Assembly (NCBI GenBank): GCA_963729895.1
Contig: CAVSQB010000018.1
Location: 1-64,000 of the forward strand
Source: an uncultured Fibrobacterota bacterium
Lineage (GTDB): Bacteria; Fibrobacterota; Chitinivibrionia; Chitinivibrionales; FEN-1185
DNA: 64,000 nt
Direction: 5' to 3'
Part shown: positions 40,912 through 49,250 of the stretch, piece by piece
Position numbering within the stretch: the first letter of the stretch is position 1
How the letters are laid out: every line of letters begins with the position of its first letter
Position numbers and translations under genes: made by a program
Notes under the pieces: model-generated
Seen by the model: only the letters and a program-made list of their open reading frames with translations
The model's database searches: none
What the model was told of the DNA's origin: nothing

Positions 40912-42297
40912 ATGTCCTTTCAAGACTTTCTGAGCATCCCCACCGTTCTGGACCTCAAGTCGACCGAGAAGCTGGACGCCATACGCGAGCTTGTCAAGGA
41001 GCTGTGCAAGGCGCTTTCCATTTCCCGCAGGCAGAAGGCCTTTGTGGAAGAGATCATGAAGCGCGAGGAGGCCGCGTCCACGTTTATCGGCCAGGGCATC
41101 GCCATCCCGCACCTGCGCGCCGACATCCGGGGCGATTTCGCGCTGGCCGTGGGCAGAAGCGTTGCAGGCGTCAAGTACGACGCCGCGCGCGGGGCGCTCG
41201 CGCACATCATGGTGCTGGTGATCACCAACGAAAAGGCCGACACCACCGCGCACATCCAGCTGCTCTCCGAGGTGGCGTCGTTTTTCAAATCGGACGGCAT
41301 ACGCGAAAAGATGCTGTCCGATCCCACCACAATTGATTTCAGCGAACTGTCCGCCCCGCAGCCCCCGCCGGCCGGCGACGAGAAACCGGCCCGGGGAATC
41401 AAAAAGGCCGTGTCGTCCGTGCTCAACGCGGCGGTCGACCTTGCCAAGGACATCAAGGCGACGGCGCTCATGGTGTTTGCCGACACGGTGCGCGACAACG
41501 ATTTCCTCGAGATCCTCAAGAACAAGGGCAAGGTGATCGTCGTCACGAGCAACAAGTCGCGGTTCGACCCGGACGACAAACGGTATGCGGCCTGCATCCA
41601 GGCGCCGTCGTTTCCGGCCTCGCGCATCGGTCAGGTGAAAATCGGTGTGCTGCTCGCGCTCTCCCGCAACCTCATCGACAACAACGACAAGGTCGTGTGC
41701 ATTTCCGGAAATTCGAAGGCCGGCACGTTCGACACCATCGTGGCGCTCGACGTGTCGAGCGAATACGAGTTCTTTTTTGCAAATTCACCCGCGCTCCTGC
41801 CGCCCGACATCATGCCCGAAGTTCTCGAGCGCGTGCTCGGGCTTGCCGGCGAGATTGCCGTGGAAGGCCGCGAGGGCAAGCCGCTGGGCACCATCTTCGT
41901 GCTCGGCGACACCAACACGGTCAACAAATACGTCACGCAGCTCATCATCAATCCGTTCCGGGGATACAGCGAGGCCGAGCGCAACATCATCGATCCGGCG
42001 CTGGCCGAAACCGTCAAGGAATTCGCGAGCATCGACGGCGCGTTCGTCATCACGGGCGACGGCATCGTGCTGTCCGCGGGCAGCTATTTGCGGCCGCAGG
42101 CCGAAGTGCAGCTCCTGCCGAGCGGGTTCGGCTCGCGTCACGCGGCGGCCGCGGGCATCACCGCGTGCACCAAGGCGCTTTCGATCACCGTGTCGGAATC
42201 CACGGGCATGGTCACGCTGTTCAAGAACGGCGCGATTGTGTTGACGATATCGAAGCCGGTGGACCGGGAAAAAAGTACTATACAGAAGTATTTGTAA
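40912..42297 (+). CDS. PTS EIIA (Ntr/Fru-type) fused to a DacZ-type diadenylate cyclase
   Basis: REEAASTFIGQGIAIPH (EIIA); EGREGKPLGTIFVLGD, KEFASIDGAF, GSRHAAA and VSESTG (DisA_N). Confidence 0.85.
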   Translation: MSFQDFLSIPTVLDLKSTEKLDAIRELVKELCKALSISRRQKAFVEEIMKREEAASTFIGQGIAIPHLRADIRGDFALAVGRSVAGVKYDAARGALAHIMVLVITNEKADTTAHIQLLSEVASFFKSDGIREKMLSDPTTIDFSELSAPQPPPAGDEKPARGIKKAVSSVLNAAVDLAKDIKATALMVFADTVRDNDFLEILKNKGKVIVVTSNKSRFDPDDKRYAACIQAPSFPASRIGQVKIGVLLALSRNLIDNNDKVVCISGNSKAGTFDTIVALDVSSEYEFFFANSPALLPPDIMPEVLERVLGLAGEIAVEGREGKPLGTIFVLGDTNTVNKYVTQLIINPFRGYSEAERNIIDPALAETVKEFASIDGAFVITGDGIVLSAGSYLRPQAEVQLLPSGFGSRHAAAAGITACTKALSITVSESTGMVTLFKNGAIVLTISKPVDREKSTIQKYL

Positions 42298-42386
42298 AGC
42301 AAGATTTGATTTTGGCGGGGGAAGTTTACCCCGTCGGGTACTTCCAAGGGTCGTCCCCTTGGGGTTCAGCCACCCGGCGCATTTTT

Positions 42387-42415
42387 GTAGGGGCGCGTCA
42401 CGACGCGCCCCTTAC
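42387..42415. repeat. GTAG-type REP palindrome
   Basis: GTAGGGGCGCGTCACGACGCGCCCCTTAC. Confidence 0.7.
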
Positions 42416-42592
42416 TCGGAAGTGCGCAGGCTGTCTGAACCCACACCCCCTCAGCAGGTGGCCCCCAAGAGAGGGAAGTTGCAAGCGTCAACAGCTGTGT
42501 GGGGGCACCAAGAGAGATTGTTTGACAGATAGAATGTTGGCTCTTTGATTTACTAAACAGGAAACACCATCAACCGGGTTGTATGGGCTTTC

Positions 42593-42763
42593 GCGTTAGG
42601 CCGGACTGGAGTGGTGCGCAAGAGCGCAGTGCCGGTCGACCCCGGCCCGAAGGGCCACAGGGGCGAACTGGCACCGAGGCCTTTGGCCGAGCCCATAAGG
42701 AGGGCCGACCCCGGCACGTAGGGGCAGGTTTGAAACCTGCCCCTACGTGCCGGGGAAACGCCC
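42593..42763 (-). repeat. Structured GGGCGT...CCTAACGC unit carrying a GTAG REP in its first hairpin
   Basis: Aligns with 29341-29503; GTAGGGGCAGGTTTGAAACCTGCCCCTAC at 42718-42746. Confidence 0.8.
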
Positions 42764-42804
42764 AGATTCTTATTTTTTGAATCCAATAATGTAAGAAGAG
42801 GAAT

Positions 42805-44111
42805 CAGTAGTGTCCGGTTAAATTGACAACAAGAGAAGGGCTACCAACCTATTTTTATCGTTGAAGGTTTAGTTTTTGACGATTAAAAAGAGGAGGCAGC
42901 CCTTGAACAGAAGAAATACAATATTCAATCAGATAACGCAACTGTTGAATCGGAAGGGATTCTGGCGCATTGTTAATCGGTACGAAGGAGACAGGTACGT
43001 AAAGAGCATGACCTGCTGGCAGGAGATGCAGATTTTGCTCTTTTCGCTGGTAAAGGATTTGGTCAGCTTTCGGGATGTAGAAGCGTGTCTGAAGAGCAAT
43101 GCGGATAAGTGGGAACATATTGGTCTTGCGAGTGTAGCCCGCAGTACACTGGCAGATGCACTCGCTCTCCGGCCATACAAGATGTTTGAAGATCTTTTCT
43201 ATCAGTTTCTGGATAAATGCCAGCGATTGGCACCTCGTCATGACTTTCGGGTAAAGGTTCCGGTATTTACGCATGATTCAACCTTGATCAGCGTATGTCT
43301 GTCATCGTTTCCATGGGCACGGTATCGCAGGCGCAAAGGTGGATTGAAACTTCATATGCTTCTGGACCATGACGGTTACCTACCGTCGTTTATCCGGATG
43401 ACGGACGGGAAAGTCCATGACATTCGGGTGGTGAAAGATGCCGAATATGATTTTCCTGCGCTTCCGCCGGACAGCATCCTCACCATTGATCGAGGCTACA
43501 CAGATTTTGGCTGGCTTCATTCACTGCATACGACTGGTGTTACATTCGTGATCCTGGCAAAATCCAACATGGCATATCATCTTGTCGGACAGCACAAAGA
43601 ACCGAACGTAAGACGCGGAATTATCCGTGATCAGGAAGTCGAAATGTCGAATTTTTACGAAAGCAAGGCATATCCGGAGAAGCTGCGACTGATACAGTAT
43701 TACAACAAGGAGTTAAACAAGAACCTGGTCTTTCTGACGAACAATTTCACGTTGTCGGCAACGACAATTGCTGCACTGTACAAGGGAAGATGGGAGATAG
43801 AAACATTTTTCAAGTGGATCAAGCAGCACTTGAAGATAAAGACGTTCTACGGGACCAGCGAAAACGCGGTAATGACACAGGTGTGGATAGCCATGATCTT
43901 GTATCTCCTGTTGTCGTTTATAAAATTCCAAGCACGGTATGCCTTCACCATGCTGGAATTACTGCGGGTTATCCGAGAAAGGCTGCTTGGTTTTGAAAGC
44001 TTGATTGAATTACTACGGGTCAATTACGAGCGGTTACGTTCTTTGCGCTCCGCTCCAGTGCAATTATCATTCTATTAGCCATTGGTCAAGAGGTTTAGCC
44101 GGACAGGGCTG
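42805..44111 (+). mobile_element. IS4-family insertion sequence
   Basis: TIRs CAGTAGTGTCCGGTTAAA / CAGCCCTGTCCGGCTAAA; 9-bp TSD AAGAGGAAT at 42796-42804 and 44112-44120. Confidence 0.92.
42903..44078 (+). CDS. IS4-family transposase
   Basis: SD GAGGAGG with TTG start; HDST, KLH, IDRGY and LYKGRWEIETFFKWIKQ (YREK) motifs. Confidence 0.93.
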   Translation: MNRRNTIFNQITQLLNRKGFWRIVNRYEGDRYVKSMTCWQEMQILLFSLVKDLVSFRDVEACLKSNADKWEHIGLASVARSTLADALALRPYKMFEDLFYQFLDKCQRLAPRHDFRVKVPVFTHDSTLISVCLSSFPWARYRRRKGGLKLHMLLDHDGYLPSFIRMTDGKVHDIRVVKDAEYDFPALPPDSILTIDRGYTDFGWLHSLHTTGVTFVILAKSNMAYHLVGQHKEPNVRRGIIRDQEVEMSNFYESKAYPEKLRLIQYYNKELNKNLVFLTNNFTLSATTIAALYKGRWEIETFFKWIKQHLKIKTFYGTSENAVMTQVWIAMILYLLLSFIKFQARYAFTMLELLRVIRERLLGFESLIELLRVNYERLRSLRSAPVQLSFY

Positions 44112-44123
44112 AAGAGGAATAAC

Positions 44124-45467
44124 ATGCAAAGAATTTTCTACGACGACAAATGCCTGGCCGACTGGATAACCCCCGCCGAACGCGCCGCCTACGAGCCGTC
44201 GTTTGCCGCGGCCCAGGACATGCTGAACAAACGCACGGGCCCGGGCCGCGAGTTCCTCGGCTGGCTCGACCTTCCCAAGACCATCGATGGGGCGGTGGTG
44301 CAAAAGGTGATCGACACCGCTGCGGCGCTCCGGCCGAAAACCGACGTGCTCATCTGCATCGGAATCGGCGGATCGTACCTTGGCGCAAAGGCCGCAATCG
44401 AATTCGTGTCGCCGTCGTTTGAAGACCTGCGCATGCCGCGGGTTATTTTCGCCGGACACCAGATAAACTCCGACTATGTCGCCGACCTGCTTGAGCTTGT
44501 TAAAGACAGGGCCGTTGCCGTAAACGTCATCTCCAAGAGCGGCACCACCACCGAGCCGGGCATCACGTTCCGCATCGTAAAGCAGTGGATGGAGAAGCGC
44601 TACGGCACGGCCGAAGCCGCCGCGCGCATCGTGGCGACAACGGACCCCGCAAAAGGCGCATTGCGCAAGCTCGCCAACGAGGAAAACTACGCCACCTTCG
44701 GCATCCCGTCCGACGTGGGCGGCAGGTTTTCGGTGCTCACGCCGGTTGGGCTTTTTCCCTGCGCCATGGCCGGGCTCGACATACGAAAGATGCTCGCCGG
44801 CGCCGGGGAAGCCGTGGATTTCTGCGGCACAGGATCTCTGGAAGCAAACATCGCGGGCAGGTACGCGGTTGCCAGGAACATTCTTTTCCGCCGCGGAAAA
44901 ACCACGGAGGTGATGGCGATGTGCGCGCCCCAGCTCCACTATCTGGGCGACTGGTTCAAGCAGCTTGCGGGCGAGAGCGAGGGAAAAAACCTCACGGGCA
45001 TCTTTCCCGCGTCGGTCGATTACACCACCGACCTTCACTCGCTGGGCCAGTGGATGCAGGAGGGCGTGCGCAACGTGTTCGAAACGTTTGTGGTGCTCGC
45101 GAAGACAAACGCGTCGGTGCCGCTGCCCAGGCTCGGCGACGACAGCGACGAACTCAACTACCTTGCCGGGAAGACCTTCGAGGACGTCAACGCTGAGGCG
45201 TACCGCGGAACGCTGCTGGCGCACCTTGACGGAAGCGTACCCTGCGCAACCGTCACCTGCGCCGACAGGTCCGAAGAAACCCTCGGGCAGGCGTTTTACT
45301 TCTTCGAAAAGGCGATCGCCCTGTCCGGCTACCTGCTCCGCGTGAATCCGTTCGACCAGCCGGGCGTGGAAGCGTACAAGAAGAACATGTTCGCGCTGCT
45401 TTCCAAACCGGGAAACGAGAAACAGGGGGAAGCGCTCAAGGCGAGGCTTTTGAAACTGGGACTATAA
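44124..45467 (+). CDS. pgi: Glucose-6-phosphate isomerase
   Basis: GIGGSYLG, ISKSGTTTE, DVGGRFSVLT, GESEGK, TDLHS and NPFDQPGVEAYK motifs. Confidence 0.96.
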   Translation: MQRIFYDDKCLADWITPAERAAYEPSFAAAQDMLNKRTGPGREFLGWLDLPKTIDGAVVQKVIDTAAALRPKTDVLICIGIGGSYLGAKAAIEFVSPSFEDLRMPRVIFAGHQINSDYVADLLELVKDRAVAVNVISKSGTTTEPGITFRIVKQWMEKRYGTAEAAARIVATTDPAKGALRKLANEENYATFGIPSDVGGRFSVLTPVGLFPCAMAGLDIRKMLAGAGEAVDFCGTGSLEANIAGRYAVARNILFRRGKTTEVMAMCAPQLHYLGDWFKQLAGESEGKNLTGIFPASVDYTTDLHSLGQWMQEGVRNVFETFVVLAKTNASVPLPRLGDDSDELNYLAGKTFEDVNAEAYRGTLLAHLDGSVPCATVTCADRSEETLGQAFYFFEKAIALSGYLLRVNPFDQPGVEAYKKNMFALLSKPGNEKQGEALKARLLKLGL

Positions 45468-45473
45468 CAAGAT

Positions 45474-45559
45474 TCACCGCAAAGACGCGAAGGTCGCAAA
45501 GAGACGCAAAGGAATTGATGTGCATTGCACCCTATCCATCTTTGCGTTCTTTGCGGTGA
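45474..45559. repeat. CGCAAAG-iterated inverted repeat
   Basis: TCACCGCAAAGACGCGAAGGTCGCAAAGAGACGCAAAG ... CTTTGCGTTCTTTGCGGTGA. Confidence 0.65.
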
Positions 45560-45579
45560 GACTTTTTTAGGGGGCCGTT

Positions 45580-45996
45580 CTGAAATCCTACCGGGAAACC
45601 CTCGAATTCAACACAAAGACCAGGCGGGAGTACCTCAATATCACGCCGTCGGTTGAGGCGGCGCTCGCACGGAGCGGCGTGGCCGAAGGCCTCTGTCTTG
45701 TCAACGCGATGCATATCACGGCCAGCGTGTACATCAACGACGACGAGCCGGGCCTGCTCAGGGACTACGACGACTGGCTCGAACAGCTCGCGCCGCACGA
45801 GCCCCTCGGCAGGTACCGCCACAACGGGGCCGAAGACAACGGCGATGCGCACCTCAAGCGCCAGGTGATGGGCCGCGAAGTCGTGGTGGCAATTACAAAC
45901 GGAAAGCTGGACCTTGGTCCGTGGGAGCAGGTCTTTTACGGCGAGTTCGACGGGAGAAGGAAAAAGAGGGTCCTCATCAAGATCATCGGGGAATAG
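45580..45996 (+). CDS. yjbQ: YjbQ/UPF0047 family protein with apparent CTG start
   Basis: [20 protein letters not shown] and [14 protein letters not shown]; frame extends upstream to CTG AAA TCC TAC (xKSYRE) after SD AGGGGG. Confidence 0.88.
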   Translation: MKSYRETLEFNTKTRREYLNITPSVEAALARSGVAEGLCLVNAMHITASVYINDDEPGLLRDYDDWLEQLAPHEPLGRYRHNGAEDNGDAHLKRQVMGREVVVAITNGKLDLGPWEQVFYGEFDGRRKKRVLIKIIGE

Positions 45997-46025
45997 TTCG
46001 AGTCTCACCTAGCAAGGATGTATTC

Positions 46026-46517
46026 ATGGCCGCACTCAGTCCCGCCATCGGCGTCATCGGCGGCGCACAGGCCTCCGAGGAAACGCTCGCCATCGCCTAC
46101 GAAGTGGGCGCATTCATCGCAAACAACAACGCGGTCCTCGTGTGCGGCGGTCTGGGCGGGGTCATGGAAGCCGCGAGCAAGGGCGCATGCGAAAACGGCG
46201 GTGTTGTCGTCGGCATTATTCCCGGCGCCGACAAATCGCAGGCAAACCCCTTTGTCACCATTGTCATTCCCTCCGGCATGGGCAGCGCCCGCAATGCGCT
46301 TGTGGTCAATTCCTCCGACGTGCTTATCGCCTTTCCCGGGCAGTTCGGCACTCTCAGCGAAATCGGCCTTGCGCTTAGCCTCGGAAAACCGGTGGTGTAC
46401 CTGCCCGGAGCGTGGAACCTGCAGAAGATCGGTCCCATCGACGCGTCGCTGTACAAAGAGGCCTTCGATGCCCACGGCGCGGTGGGGCTGGCGCTGGATG
46501 CGCTGCGGAAACGGTAG
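46026..46517 (+). CDS. TIGR00725-like (LOG/Rossmann) protein
   Basis: IGVIGG, VCGGLGGVMEAASKGA, ARNALVV and GTLSEIG motifs. Confidence 0.88.
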   Translation: MAALSPAIGVIGGAQASEETLAIAYEVGAFIANNNAVLVCGGLGGVMEAASKGACENGGVVVGIIPGADKSQANPFVTIVIPSGMGSARNALVVNSSDVLIAFPGQFGTLSEIGLALSLGKPVVYLPGAWNLQKIGPIDASLYKEAFDAHGAVGLALDALRKR

Positions 46518-46600
46518 GGGCCGATCCGGGTTCACCAAGAATCCGCCGGCCCGAAGGGTTCAGTATTTTCTTGAAGCCTTGTAGCGGCCCGCTGCGCGCC

Positions 46601-46861
46601 TTATATTCTTGCGTCGGTGTTATGCAAATGCTCTAATCTTTCTGCCAGGTTCGCGCGAGTTTGTTCTGAAATGAGGAATTCCGAGCCCGACCGCAGTCTC
46701 ACCAGGTAAAGCTTCTCTGAACTTGGTATTACCGGATTGAGCCTTCGTACTGAATCCGCGGATAAAAGCGCTATGTCGTCGCTATTCAAAAAAAGCTGAG
46801 AAGAATACAGGCTTTCCTCGTATTTCACGAAACCTTGAAGGACAATTTCCTTTTTGTCCAT
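46601..46861 (-). CDS. Hypothetical protein
   Basis: 86 aa ORF preceded by the SD-like AGAGGAAG. Confidence 0.4.
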   Translation of the reverse strand: MDKKEIVLQGFVKYEESLYSSQLFLNSDDIALLSADSVRRLNPVIPSSEKLYLVRLRSGSEFLISEQTRANLAERLEHLHNTDARI

Positions 46862-46933
46862 AATGCTTCCTCTCTTGAGCACGGATCCCATAGCGAGCGC
46901 ATTCCAGGCTGCTGAGGCTGCGGGATTCTTCAA

Positions 46934-47116
46934 TCATCGTGGCCGTGAATCGCTCGGTTGTTTTCCTGCCAGCGCCAGAGTCCGCTCGTGAATACAGCAC
47001 CACAAACAGCGGTAGCCGTCGCAGGTGATGCCGCGATACGTGTCCTGGCAGTCCGCGCGCTTGTTTGCAGGATAGACGTTCTGTATCGTTTGACCGCATG
47101 CCTTACAAGTAATCAA
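46934..47116 (-). CDS. Small Cys-rich hypothetical protein
   Basis: Strong SD GGGAGGT before TTG; CKAC...C...CDGYRCLWCC. Confidence 0.45.
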   Translation of the reverse strand: MITCKACGQTIQNVYPANKRADCQDTYRGITCDGYRCLWCCIHERTLALAGKQPSDSRPR

Positions 47117-47370
47117 TCGCGTACCTCCCTTTTTCCGCACTAAATATAAGGGAAAATGCATCCGGATTACAAGGGATTTATCAATTGCTTCATTGGCCTT
47201 TTCCTCGCAGCTTGCTGCGAGGTTCTTCACTTGAGTTCATTAATATATTGCATAGTTGAACAAAGGAGCCAACTTGCAACCGCTTTGGGGACCGCGGGCA
47301 GGTAAATTATTTACCGGAAGAGTCTCGGCGATCGGCGATTTTTGCGGTTAGTATCGACGGGAGGTGTGAG

Positions 47371-48963
47371 ATGTCTTGCAAAGAGTTGCTTTCATTCTTT
47401 GATGGTAATGGAAGAGGATTGCTGAACATCGTGCCGGTTGCGACTCTGGCGTTATTGACGGCATGCGTGACAATCCGGGCCCAGGACACCGTGGACGCCA
47501 CGACGCTAACCGGCAAATACATGTGCGGCTACCAGGGTTGGTTCGAGTGCCCGGGAGACGGATCGGGCGGGGGCTGGTTCCATTGGTTCAACAGCCAGAA
47601 TCCGGTCCATTCATCCCTCAATGTGGATCTCTTCCCCGATTTCACGGAATATGCCGCAAACGAGCTTTTTGCGACGGACATGCGTTACAGCGACGGTTCC
47701 GTCGTAAACTTGAATTCCTCCTATGTGGGAACCACGGAACTGAGGCATTTCAAGTGGATGAAAGATTACGACATCGACGGCGCGTGGGTGCAGCGTTTTG
47801 GACCCAAGCATGTGGGGTGGAACGACTTTACAAATAAGGTGCTGTTGAATTGCAAAACAGCGGCAGAGACCTATGGCCGGGTGTTTGTCGTCATGTACGA
47901 TGTTTCCGGGGCGAATAACAGCACGCTTTTCAACGACATGACGACTGACTGGATGTATCTGGTTGATACATTCAAGGTCACCGGCAGCCCGCGCTATCTC
48001 AAGCACAAGGGAAAGCCGCTGGTGTCAGTCTGGGGATTCGGCTTTCCCGACAGGTCAATTACCACCGACGTCGCGCAACAGATAATCAACTGGTTCAAGA
48101 CCGGTGCGCCGGCAAAATACCAGGCAACCATCATGGGTGGTGTCAATGACGACTGGAGAACTATCGGCCCGCCCTGGGACTCGGTATGCAGATCCGTTGA
48201 CATCATCAGCCCCTGGCTGGTGGGTCGTTTTGGAGATAGTGCCGGTGCGGACTCGTGGAAGACAAGTAACCTGATCCCTGATATCGCCGAATGCAAGAGC
48301 CTTGGGAAAGAATACCTTCCCGTTATCTGGCCCGGATTCTCATGGTCCAATATGCACCAGGGAACCACGCCTCAGAACCAAATCCCGCGGCTGGGCGGCA
48401 CGTTCTACTGGGAGCAGGCATATAATGCGATCAGCGCCGGCGCCACCATGCTGTACGGCGCCATGTTCGACGAAGTGGACGAAGGCACGGCCGTCCTTAA
48501 AGCGTGTCCGAAGAAGTCGCTTGCTCCTTCGGACGGCTGGTGGTTGACGCTCGACGCCGACGGGTACAATCTACCGAGCGACTGGTACCTTCGATTGACA
48601 GGATGCGCAAAGAAAATGCTCGACAACCGGATTCCGTTGTCAAAGATCATGCCGATCAACCCGCTCAATCCTGATTCGGGAGTTGGGGTGCATATGAAAC
48701 CGGGCGCCCCGTTTGCATCTGAAAAACTCGTTGATGTGCGGAACGGAATTCTCTACCTCAACCTTCCGGCGGACACGCGGGCGGAAATAACCCTTTGCAG
48801 GCTGGACGGCACTACTGTGCGAACGATTCAGTATAGGAAAACGAGCGGGACCAGGGAGGTCTCATTGCTGACCCAGGAAAGAATTCCAAGCGGGATGTAC
48901 GTTTTGAGCGTCAAAGTCGGCGGCCGGATTGCAGCCGCGAGCATTGTCTCACTCGTTCGATAG
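47371..48963 (+). CDS. Secreted GH71/GH99-like glycoside hydrolase with CTD
   Basis: MCGYQGWF, HFKWMKDYDIDG, WPGFSW and YGAMFDEVDEGT; tail IPSGMYVL. Confidence 0.8.
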   Translation: MSCKELLSFFDGNGRGLLNIVPVATLALLTACVTIRAQDTVDATTLTGKYMCGYQGWFECPGDGSGGGWFHWFNSQNPVHSSLNVDLFPDFTEYAANELFATDMRYSDGSVVNLNSSYVGTTELRHFKWMKDYDIDGAWVQRFGPKHVGWNDFTNKVLLNCKTAAETYGRVFVVMYDVSGANNSTLFNDMTTDWMYLVDTFKVTGSPRYLKHKGKPLVSVWGFGFPDRSITTDVAQQIINWFKTGAPAKYQATIMGGVNDDWRTIGPPWDSVCRSVDIISPWLVGRFGDSAGADSWKTSNLIPDIAECKSLGKEYLPVIWPGFSWSNMHQGTTPQNQIPRLGGTFYWEQAYNAISAGATMLYGAMFDEVDEGTAVLKACPKKSLAPSDGWWLTLDADGYNLPSDWYLRLTGCAKKMLDNRIPLSKIMPINPLNPDSGVGVHMKPGAPFASEKLVDVRNGILYLNLPADTRAEITLCRLDGTTVRTIQYRKTSGTREVSLLTQERIPSGMYVLSVKVGGRIAAASIVSLVR

Positions 48964-49250
48964 TCGGCGTCGCAGGGGCTGGAGAAGGCCATCCTGCGTG
49001 TTCCTGAAGCCTCTGTCATATTTGTCAATTTCCTTGATTCGTCACTGCGAGAAAGCTGCTCCGTTGGCAACAGCACCCGGCTTCTCCCGCTATTCCGTGC
49101 ATATTCAAAAATATATAACATCGTTAAACAAAGTGATAAACACCAGATCGCTTTTGCCGGGCGGTAGTAGTAAATTATTCAGTGACCGTTCTTAACCGGC
49201 CAAGTGACGGATAATTCCGAAAACAAGATTCGGGTGTGCAGGATGAGACT

